Positions 57,001 to 64,000 of a stretch of DNA of 64,000 bases are shown here, piece by piece. Location: the NCBI GenBank assembly GCA_014727915.1, contig WJMO01000006.1, positions 352,001 to 416,000 on the forward strand, in the 5' to 3' direction. The first letter of the stretch is position 1; every line of letters starts with the position of its first letter. This stretch comes from Candidatus Altiarchaeales archaeon (GTDB lineage: Archaea > Altiarchaeota > Altiarchaeia > IMC4 > SCGC-AAA252-I15). The notes below the pieces were generated by a model. The model saw nothing but the letters and a program-made list of their open reading frames with translations, searched no databases and was not told where the DNA came from. The position numbers and the translations under genes are program-made.

Positions 57001-57948
57001 TACCCCCTAGTCTCACAGCCGGAAGTCTACGACCTAAGGATGATATACTATTTCAGCAGGGACCTGAGCAACGGGGAGAACCCCTATAGGATGATGGAGA
57101 ACACTTCATTGAGCCATGTGGGGGGGCATCCCAGCTACATGCCGCTAGTGTACATTACCGGCGCGGGAATATCAAAACTAGGCAGTAGCCTGGAGGAGTG
57201 GTCCTACCTCATGAGGTTGCTCTCCCTGGTCTGCGACTTGGGCGTGGCCTTTTTGATATTCAAGGCGGCAATGGGCAGGGGTAACCCGCTGCTGGGGTTG
57301 TTCGGAGCCGCATTCTGGTCGTTCAACAGGTTCTCTCTGATAGTCCTGAAAGACGGTCACTGGGACATAATAACCCTCTTCTTCCTTGTCTGGTCCATAC
57401 ATCTTATGGAGCGGCGTCCGAAGATCGCATGTCTGCTGCTGGGCGCGGCGATTTCCATAAAGCAGTTCCCGGTCGTGCTGGCTCCAGTCTACGTGCTCAT
57501 GCTAAGGGAGAGGTTGGGTTTTGTCAAGTCTTCAGCGCTTGTTCTTGCAGTGCCGTTGCTGGTCTCCACACCATTCCTAATGTGGAACTCAACAGCCTTC
57601 ACAAAGGCAATAGGTCAGACTGCAGTGCGGCCTAACAGCGGGGTTAGCATGAGGTTCAGCGACAGCCCGCTGTTGGATTTCACCGGCGATAGCGGTATGC
57701 TGTCAAGAGCGCCTCTGATCATATTGTATGCGATACTGTATGCCCTAGTTCACATGGGGTGGGTCCGCCCCTACTCTGCGGCTCTGATATCATTCACCCT
57801 CTTCCTCAGCTATAACCCGTACATATACGGAAGGTACTTCACATGGATTATGCCCTTCCTGCCCCTCACTTTGCTAGAGGTGTTCGAGCGAAAGACCTTA
57901 GCCTCGATAGAAGAGTGCGGGGGGAGACCGCCAGGAAAAAGGCCATGA
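54100..57948 (+). CDS. 1282-aa membrane protein with two GT-C-like modules, each preceded by a beta-sandwich domain
   Basis: YfhO-like module (DWDQF, PFWNPY..GG, SPNRV, NHYPGW) and GT87/PIG-M-like module (YMPL, GHWD, IKQFP, PFLMW, YFTW). Confidence 0.8.
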   Translation: MSFQRQLLVLVATLALLSAWAYTQSNSVDGIRWYYSEDSECGPGSDVSDGTFHDISVPFSLPKSKRSVCFAGIMEGVPADSLVVRVDDKVVRAYLNGEEVDTREARRGWRKISLDGGDRKAANTLVVKGQNIARNIDFEVGREQPHNIRWLVLGLTLAFIATSKELRKPWAMAAVIAVVVAAYMLPVIGRLGYWGISDWDQFYTFYQNARDTILGYGQIPFWNPYICGGNVHLAYPNTTFLSVFFLPVLLLGVPSGVMVSLFFYILAACLGCVLLSREMRLPPYSTLFFSITFALSGYFAHRMNQGHMPAMALAYIPFILWAYWKSQNEFRYAAAAGLFTALYVLEAHPFLITLMIMFLVAYPTAYSGIELAWFEINHRKRSRRRDIERVFKPLTTGIAVAVIAFLLVGFKALPTLHYAGDRPREVDDYGGADLMLLVEALASRPSEPKHPHRWGWHEYNVYIGGVAVLLSVYGMLKSLRQRRYAALLAVMLIMTLYSFNQSSPINLWSLFHNLPLFGSQHVPSRALGFVMFIFSVFAGLGMSRLERMSKHAALLVLAFTVFNLVSVNTCLLEGAFNQIPRIDYQESGVGFHHVKDVYNVYNLKSRSMYGYALAGVGVTNCYAHGGLNNRATPINAHDYRGEAYMEGGGTAEVVGFSPNRVDVRIESEADDILYLNMNHYPGWTANGRPAVERNGLVSAGVKAGVGVVEFSYTPPLFWEGVAATLAGVALALIVWKGLFRRVYESIKKMRYRLLPDRMHSWIKAVIIVLVLTFTLSIIQMIHKERAEEHAFVVEAVKHTSDSFDYWYKEGKAVKGWEDIELPYNEGDGYFRTYFTTNRKHVTLKLYADDCVEEVYYNGREQFYTRQCSRCEHCNSPLRVSFDVDGGMDSHVLAVKTRDRGGIQTYFYLEYEPEGSYWSSLALLSAAGAAAIFYLSRRIEDFRKSKPGYRKLLFLLMFCLLVFSAYMKYPLVSQPEVYDLRMIYYFSRDLSNGENPYRMMENTSLSHVGGHPSYMPLVYITGAGISKLGSSLEEWSYLMRLLSLVCDLGVAFLIFKAAMGRGNPLLGLFGAAFWSFNRFSLIVLKDGHWDIITLFFLVWSIHLMERRPKIACLLLGAAISIKQFPVVLAPVYVLMLRERLGFVKSSALVLAVPLLVSTPFLMWNSTAFTKAIGQTAVRPNSGVSMRFSDSPLLDFTGDSGMLSRAPLIILYAILYALVHMGWVRPYSAALISFTLFLSYNPYIYGRYFTWIMPFLPLTLLEVFERKTLASIEECGGRPPGKRP

Positions 57949-60154
57949 ATGAGATTGCATTTAGGAGATGCTGTGATAGTGGTTTAACGTAATTGAACTC
58001 CACGAGATGAGTTCCCGGCTCTATGAAAACCCCTGGGTACTCTGGAGTGACCCTGAGGGTGTCCTTTCTCACGCCGTCCACTTCCACCCGCCAGTAAGGG
58101 TGGTATCTCATCTTGTATATTAGCAGGCCTGGCTCGTCGGCCTCCACCTTTATGAGCGCAGCGTGGATGGACCTCTTAACAACCGTGGTTCTGCTGTTCC
58201 GATCTTGGGGGCTTCTCTCCTTTATGGCTCTTCTAACGGTGTTGTGGGGCTGTTCCGTGCCGTTGAAGACCTTGCCCTCGAAGGCAGCGACCAGTATTGG
58301 GTGGGGTTCCCTGTCGTATCGCATCAGATAGGAGTATCTGCTGGGGTCGACGGCCTGTCCGGTATATTCCACTATGAGGGGAATGTGGTCTCGGCGGCTG
58401 TTGTTCTTGTAGTAGTGCAACCACACTTCAGCTATCCTCCGCCATCCCTCCTCCGTGGATGACAGGAGTGCTGGCTGCTTGTGCGAGAGGAAAGCGTAGC
58501 TGAAATCCCCGTCATACCTGAATAGACTGTACTGTCGGTCTGAGTAGACTTTCGTTAGGTCGCCTTCCAGGTTGGGGGGAACATCGTATATGGAGCTTGT
58601 CACAAGGTATCGTATGTTGAATATGTGGAATATGCTCTCATAGTTTGTTAGGTCTCCCCAGAACCGGGTGGAGTATATGCGCCTGAAGTAGGGCCGGTCG
58701 TACAGCCAGGGCTGGGAGAGGACGACGGGAGCCGACTTGACTCCAGTGTCCGTGTCTCCGTAGACCCTCCCGTCAAAGCCGTCCCGGTCCATCGCCTCCC
58801 CTATGTTCTTTAGGGAGTTAATCCAGTAGTCGATGGTCTCTACCTCCTTCTCGGAGGTGATGAGCCTCTCATTGTAGGGCGTGTACAGGACAGCCAGCAA
58901 TATTAGGTAGGACATGGCATACCCGACTTTGCGGGATCCGAGGACTCTCTTTGAAACGTTGGGTATAGATGATAGTATCCAGTATAGCACGTTGGCTGAT
59001 AGGGTTATGGAGAAGAACTCCAGAAGGTATATGGTGCGCTTAGGGTTCAGGAAGTCTGAGAAGGGCAGCAGTCTGAGCAGTGTTATGTCGTCTTTGCCCA
59101 CGAAGAACAAGAAGGCTATGACCGCCCCGGTTGCGCAGAAGAGGCCGAAGCGCCGTCTGCTCGCTAGGGCGTATGCAAGCCCGAGGGAGGTCAGTGCTGT
59201 AAGCACTGGGAGCCTGCCCCGGCCCATGTTCTTGGGCCATCTGAGGTGTTTGTCCGCATCGAATCCGAAGTTGTCTGACACGTCGAGAAGTTCTCCAGAG
59301 TAGAACGCTGAAAGCGCGGAATCGACGGAGAAGGAGGATTTGACCGCCTGCATCCTCAGGTTCCTAGGAGCGTATTGGATGTGCTCGGTGAGGGGGAGTA
59401 TCCAGAACATGGACATGAGGAAGGTTAATGCCCCGGCTGTCAGGGCGTGTTTGACAGGCTTCATCAGATCCTTCCGCTTGAGCCCAGGGTATGCGAACAG
59501 CAGGTCCAGGAAGCCCACTATTATGAGGAAGTAGGCGTAGTATGGGTGCGCGAAGAATGTTACCGTGAACAGGAGCGAGGTCCTTCGGATTCCCTTTCCC
59601 TCCCTAACCGTCTCATGGAAGCTTCCCAATGCGAGGGGGAAGATGAACGCGCCCAGCACCTGTGAGGTCAGTCCAAGTACGAAATACGCTGTTGTGGTGT
59701 GGCCCCATCCAGATATGGGAAGTGCAGAGAGCAAGGCCGCTATGCCGCACATTATGGGTGGCATCTTAAACTTGTCCAGGGCATAGTAGACGCTCAGCGG
59801 ATAGAGCGAGTATATGAGCACCACCATGAGGTTGTGTGCTGACAGCAGCGATATGGCGTCTAAAGACAGTATGTTCAATGCTGCGACTATGAGGTACATG
59901 AGGAACTGGTGGGCGTTGAACCAGGGATAGCCGGTCCCGTATGAGTGGACGAACCCGAATATCATATGCTCTTCCAGTATTAGCTTCCGCAGATAGTATG
60001 TGTGGGAGAAATGGTACTGGTCGTCGCCAGAATCGTTGACACCGTCTGCCAGCAGGGGAGATGTTATGTGCAGGTTGAACATGACAGCTGAAGCCAGCAA
60101 AACCAGCGAAGCCAACCTCGCGTGCTTCTCCTTTTTAGGCAGTCTAAACCTCAT
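57866..60154 (-). CDS. GT-C-like membrane protein (PTPS-related/YfhO type)
   Basis: SGDDQYH, GYPWF, FWILP, FNIRY, YHPYW, PGTHLVEFNY; many TM helices. Confidence 0.8.
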   Translation of the reverse strand: MRFRLPKKEKHARLASLVLLASAVMFNLHITSPLLADGVNDSGDDQYHFSHTYYLRKLILEEHMIFGFVHSYGTGYPWFNAHQFLMYLIVAALNILSLDAISLLSAHNLMVVLIYSLYPLSVYYALDKFKMPPIMCGIAALLSALPISGWGHTTTAYFVLGLTSQVLGAFIFPLALGSFHETVREGKGIRRTSLLFTVTFFAHPYYAYFLIIVGFLDLLFAYPGLKRKDLMKPVKHALTAGALTFLMSMFWILPLTEHIQYAPRNLRMQAVKSSFSVDSALSAFYSGELLDVSDNFGFDADKHLRWPKNMGRGRLPVLTALTSLGLAYALASRRRFGLFCATGAVIAFLFFVGKDDITLLRLLPFSDFLNPKRTIYLLEFFSITLSANVLYWILSSIPNVSKRVLGSRKVGYAMSYLILLAVLYTPYNERLITSEKEVETIDYWINSLKNIGEAMDRDGFDGRVYGDTDTGVKSAPVVLSQPWLYDRPYFRRIYSTRFWGDLTNYESIFHIFNIRYLVTSSIYDVPPNLEGDLTKVYSDRQYSLFRYDGDFSYAFLSHKQPALLSSTEEGWRRIAEVWLHYYKNNSRRDHIPLIVEYTGQAVDPSRYSYLMRYDREPHPILVAAFEGKVFNGTEQPHNTVRRAIKERSPQDRNSRTTVVKRSIHAALIKVEADEPGLLIYKMRYHPYWRVEVDGVRKDTLRVTPEYPGVFIEPGTHLVEFNYVKPLSQHLLNAISFMAFFLAVSPRTLLSRLRSFARTPLAK

Positions 60155-60954
60155 TTCCTAAGTTTGAAATATGAATAGGCACCTATGACAGAAAGCGACA
60201 GGGCGACCGCGAGAATTATATGGGAGTTGCTTGACTCGTTCTTTTTCACAACGACCCTGCCCTTGGTCAGGGTCGACTTGTAGACCCCGTCCTCAACGTA
60301 GTCGATAACCGCCAACACGCCAAAGTCCCCCGGCAAGGCCATGAAGTTGGAGACCGTGTACTCCACCTCCTTCTCGCTTCGGGGCTCTACCTCAACCTCC
60401 CTCAGATCATCGTCCAATGACAGGCTGTGGGGGACCACAACCCTGACGTCAACGTTGTGGGGTATGTCATCAGCGTTCTTCAGCTTTAGAGTAAGCTTGG
60501 CTGATCCGTCGGTGGGCAATTCAGCGGATGACATCTCGGCGAAGACCATCGACACTGACCTCTCTTCCACCATCATGGCAGACTCGAATATCATGTAGAT
60601 GGGATAGTTGTTATTGTCGTGGAATTGCAGCATGAATATGAGGGGGTAGACTCCAGGCTCGGCCTGAGGGTCCAATGATACGTTGAGGACCTTGCTGATT
60701 GGCTTGTCTGGTTTTATCACGTCGAAGTATAAGGGCTCAGAGTCCAGCTCGTCCGGGAACACCAGAGACGCCTGGCCGTTGTATGCTATCTCATCCCCTG
60801 TGTTAGTTAGCTCGACGGACATTTTAGCCTCGGTTGTGCCGTGGAACTGCAGGGGCTGAATCCGCATGGTCATGGTGAAGCCGGCGGAAACGCACTGTAT
60901 GGAAGCTAGAACTAGAAAAGCGGCCAAAGCCAGGACAGTGCGCCTTGAGCTCAT
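60151..60954 (-). CDS. Exported Ig-like/S-layer-domain protein with a C-terminal membrane anchor
   Basis: Signal peptide, two Ig-like segments (LTNTGD...PGVYP; LKNADD), C-terminal TM plus basic tail. Confidence 0.75.
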   Translation of the reverse strand: MSSRRTVLALAAFLVLASIQCVSAGFTMTMRIQPLQFHGTTEAKMSVELTNTGDEIAYNGQASLVFPDELDSEPLYFDVIKPDKPISKVLNVSLDPQAEPGVYPLIFMLQFHDNNNYPIYMIFESAMMVEERSVSMVFAEMSSAELPTDGSAKLTLKLKNADDIPHNVDVRVVVPHSLSLDDDLREVEVEPRSEKEVEYTVSNFMALPGDFGVLAVIDYVEDGVYKSTLTKGRVVVKKNESSNSHIILAVALSLSVIGAYSYFKLRK

Positions 60955-60988
60955 GTTCAAATATATAGAGGGCCTGCAATAAAAGGGT

Positions 60989-62089
60989 TTAGAGGAGTTT
61001 CTCGGCCTTTTTCCTGGCGGAGGGCAGTTTTTTCTGGTGTTTGAGCAGGAACCGTTCAAGTAGTTCAGCGCATATGCCCTTGCACTCCCCGCATAGCAGC
61101 TTACCCTCCCTGCACTCATGGTATACCCTGCTAAGCTCAAGGTCGTCGTCCATGAGATGATATAGGAGCAGCTCGTATACCATGCATTTCTCCGGCTCTC
61201 CTCCGCGTTCTTTCTGGTCTTCCACGGTGGTACGCCCGCCGGTCATGGCGGACATTATCTTCTTCCTTGCGGACTTGGGTTCCTCGCTCAAGGCGACATA
61301 ACTCTTCGGGTCGGAGGAGCTCATCTTACCTCCTTGTAGTCCGCTCATGAACTTATGGTAGGTTGCGGACGGGGGGATGCACTTCATGTCCCTTCCGCTG
61401 TCGCGTTTCGCGTTCAACCGGGAGGCGATGTCCCTTGTTAGCCTGATGTGGGGGTCCTGGTCGGCGCCCACGGGGACCACGACAGGCTTCGGACCGCCGA
61501 AGAGTTCAAGTTGGGGGTGCAGTATGTCCGCGACCTGGGAGAGGACGGACACCAGCTTGCCCGTGGTCATATCCCCATATATCGACTGGAGCTCGTTCAA
61601 CGTCACCCTCTTGGATGAGATGTCCCGGAGCTTGTAGTATTCTGGCACGTAGTCGCTCTGGAACCAGAAGCGCATGCCCCTCTTCTTCAAGCCCAGAGCG
61701 AAATAGTTGGACAGGTACTCTGTCAAAGCGGTCTTCCTGGCGTCCTCGAAGGAAACGTCGCGCATTAGATAGCTCTCCATGTCGGCGGCGCATATGTAGG
61801 TCTCAGCTCCCATCTGCTGGAACCAGATTATCTCGTCAGCGACCATCTTATGCCCCATGTGGAACCTTCCTGACGGCATCAGCCCGGTCATCATGGCAAA
61901 GGGCTTGCCCTTGTCCAACGCCTCGACTATCTTCCCGAAGTCGCGGTGGCCGAATATTATCCCCCTACGGATGTACCTGAAGCTGTCGAACCTCTGCCTG
62001 AAGGCCTCGAAGGATTCCATCCCGAAATCCTCGATGAGCTTGCCGTAGTCTTTTATCTCGCCGACGCTCCAGGGGTCAAAGTCCTTCAT
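60989..62089 (-). CDS. trpS: Tryptophan--tRNA ligase
   Basis: FGHRDF, PSGRFHMGH, QVADILHPQ, DQDPH, KMSSS. Confidence 0.97.
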   Translation of the reverse strand: MKDFDPWSVGEIKDYGKLIEDFGMESFEAFRQRFDSFRYIRRGIIFGHRDFGKIVEALDKGKPFAMMTGLMPSGRFHMGHKMVADEIIWFQQMGAETYICAADMESYLMRDVSFEDARKTALTEYLSNYFALGLKKRGMRFWFQSDYVPEYYKLRDISSKRVTLNELQSIYGDMTTGKLVSVLSQVADILHPQLELFGGPKPVVVPVGADQDPHIRLTRDIASRLNAKRDSGRDMKCIPPSATYHKFMSGLQGGKMSSSDPKSYVALSEEPKSARKKIMSAMTGGRTTVEDQKERGGEPEKCMVYELLLYHLMDDDLELSRVYHECREGKLLCGECKGICAELLERFLLKHQKKLPSARKKAEKLL

Positions 62090-62370
62090 TTTTTCTCATA
62101 TCTCTCTTCAAGCCTATTCCAGCCCTCGTCCAGGTCCAAACCCAGCAGGTTGCCTAGCTTGAAGGTAAGGTAGATGAGGTCCGATATCTCGTCGTTTACC
62201 TCCTCCCCGTCGAATGTTTCTTTCCTATATCCTGTCTTCCTAAGTATGTTCCGTGATATCTCTCCCAGCTCCTCCTGCATGTGGAGGAGCGTATGCTCTG
62301 GAACGTCCCCCGCCCATCCGAAGCGCCTGTCAAATTCCCTCACCTGCTCTTGCAGTTCATATAAGCCCAT
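62086..62370 (-). CDS. MazG-like NTP pyrophosphohydrolase
   Basis: QEELGE ... DEISDL motif; stop overlaps the trpS start. Confidence 0.88.
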   Translation of the reverse strand: MGLYELQEQVREFDRRFGWAGDVPEHTLLHMQEELGEISRNILRKTGYRKETFDGEEVNDEISDLIYLTFKLGNLLGLDLDEGWNRLEERYEKK

Positions 62371-62385
62371 GCAAAATATAATGTG

Positions 62386-63546
62386 ATGTCCACAATAAAA
62401 CCTCCGCCGGAGGAGGTATACGTCGGTTTGGAGGAGTACAAAAGTAGTTGCGAGGGAATCGGCGGGACCTTGAAACGGGAACCGGGGGATTTCATCGTCC
62501 GTGAGATAACAGAGGAGGATAAGGTCCTGGAGCTGGACTCGGACGTGAGCGGGGACATGCTCCCAGGCGACTACACCCACTTCACACTGGTAAAGGAGAA
62601 CTGGGACACAATGAGGGCCGTGAAGGAGATCTCAAAGGCGCTTGGTGTGAGCAGGAAACGGCTGGCCTTCGCAGGAACGAAGGACAGGAGGGCGGTTACC
62701 GCCCAGAGGATAAGCGCCTACAAGGTGCCGGTTGAAAAGCTCCGAGGGATAAGGATAAAGGACCTGACCCTGAAGGATTTCGGCTACAGCGACGAGAGCC
62801 TCGGGCTGGGCTCGTTGAGGGGAAACAGGTTCACGGTAAAGGTCAGGGGAGTATGCAGTGGAGCGGATGAGAGGATAGGGAAGATTGCAGGGGAGATATC
62901 CTCCGGGTTCCCCAACTACTATGGGAGGCAGAGGTTCGGAGAGGCGAGGCCCATAACACACGAGGTCGGATCTTTCATACTGAAGGGGGACCTGGAGTCA
63001 GCGGTAATGACATACCTTGCCAAATCATTCCCGGGGGAGGATGAAGGCGTGAGAGCCCTCAGAGAGGAACTATGGCGTAGCCGGGACTTCCAGGCCGCGT
63101 TGAACAGTTTCCCAGCTAGTATGGGATACGAGAAGGCGATTCTGAACCACCTGATACAATATGAAGAAGACTACGAGGGGGCCTTGAAGGCCCTGCCCAA
63201 GAGCCTGCAGAGGATGTTCGTCCACGCCTACCAGAGCTACCTGTTCAACCGGGCCCTAAGCCGGTGCATCCGGGAGAGCTATACAGTGGAGAAGCTGCCG
63301 TTGGTGGGGTTTGAAGTAGGGGCGGACGATATCTCTGCGGGCATAATGGAGGCGGACGGGATAGAACAGGCCGACTTCGAGGTTGATGGCATGCGGGACC
63401 TGAAGAGCAGGGGGGAGTATAGGCTGTGCTTCGAAGCTGCCAAGGGTATCGAATGGAGGGTGGACGGGGACGATGCTGTATTCAGCTTCAGCCTCTCCAA
63501 GGGATCCTATGCCACCGTGGTAATCCGGGAGTTCACAAAGAACTGA
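62386..63546 (+). CDS. truD: tRNA pseudouridine(13) synthase TruD/Pus7
   Basis: DFIVRE, AGTKDRRAVTAQ, GNRF, PNYYGRQRFG, HAYQSYLFN, GSYAT. Confidence 0.96.
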   Translation: MSTIKPPPEEVYVGLEEYKSSCEGIGGTLKREPGDFIVREITEEDKVLELDSDVSGDMLPGDYTHFTLVKENWDTMRAVKEISKALGVSRKRLAFAGTKDRRAVTAQRISAYKVPVEKLRGIRIKDLTLKDFGYSDESLGLGSLRGNRFTVKVRGVCSGADERIGKIAGEISSGFPNYYGRQRFGEARPITHEVGSFILKGDLESAVMTYLAKSFPGEDEGVRALREELWRSRDFQAALNSFPASMGYEKAILNHLIQYEEDYEGALKALPKSLQRMFVHAYQSYLFNRALSRCIRESYTVEKLPLVGFEVGADDISAGIMEADGIEQADFEVDGMRDLKSRGEYRLCFEAAKGIEWRVDGDDAVFSFSLSKGSYATVVIREFTKN

Positions 63547-63946
63547 AAAACAGCATATAAACCTGTGAGTCCATACCCGAGAAAAACATATTCACCAAAG
63601 GTTGATACTGGTCAAACATGCGAAAACGAGCATGTAACCCCATCGTTAGTACGATATTCAAATGATTTAGACAGTATAGGAGTGGGTGCTGCCAAACGTC
63701 GGGTTTGTATTTCGGGAGCACAGCAACACCCTGATATTACCGCATAATAACTGGTGAAATCTATCGGGATTAAATACGCACACTGGGATTATTTAATTGA
63801 GGTTGGGGTAAAAGGTTGAGGATGAGTTTCTTTCTCACCCCCCTAGATGAGAAGGACACCGTTTAACAAAAGGACACCTCCCAAAAAAACCCCAACCCCC
63901 CCCATTCTAATGCTGTTATTTATCCAATGTTTCGTATTCCTATGGT

Positions 63947-64000
63947 ATGGGTAAGGACCTGACCGAAGGCAACATCTCAAGGACCATAATAGAGACTTCC
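63947..64000 (+). CDS. Probable MATE efflux transporter, first 18 codons only
   Basis: MGKDLTEGNISRTIIETS resembles the typical MATE N-terminus DLTEG. Confidence 0.5.
   Translation, partial: MGKDLTEGNISRTIIETS

Noticed and set aside
63547-63946. Replication origin
   Set aside because: No recognisable ORB repeats and no cdc6/orc1 gene in the window.
1-64000. CRISPR arrays, IS elements, integrases, tRNA/rRNA genes, inteins, Sec/Pyl recoding
   Set aside because: None seen by eye: no spaced repeats, no transposase motifs, no cloverleafs in the gaps, and the ligase, HerA and synthetases have ordinary lengths without internal stops. Further sRNAs overlapping coding regions cannot be excluded.

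Overview
Gene-dense archaeal chromosomal window of roughly 55% GC (estimated by eye). Archaeal markers include fibrillarin, ATP-dependent DNA ligase, RadB, Mre11, HerA, Dph2, NOG1, archaeal AlaRS/TrpRS and TruD. The lineage is inferred only: possibly Altiarchaeota or a related group. About 65 CDS cover housekeeping, His/Lys/chorismate biosynthesis, a UDP-sugar plus non-oxidative pentose-phosphate operon, malic enzyme-fumarase-PanD, and several GT-C glycosyltransferases. I found no tRNA, rRNA, CRISPR array or transposase by eye. Main observations: (1) a glycosyl-glycerate compatible-solute cluster (glycerate kinase, GpgS, GpgP, single-step Ggs) with an uncharacterised Lys-Lys enolase-superfamily enzyme inside it; (2) an unannotated box C/D sRNA (14423-14486, minus strand) whose D guide points to C34 of a CAU-anticodon tRNA; (3) a NikR-like ribbon-helix-helix domain fused to a sugar-1-phosphate nucleotidyltransferase, with a candidate operator upstream; (4) a 1282-aa tandem [lectin-like + GT-C]x2 protein; (5) a HerA with two MinD-like amphipathic helices at its C-terminus; (6) two orphan ORFs sharing a near-duplicated promoter, plus a G7-frameshifted paralog. 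All calls come from motif recognition by eye; no database search was run.
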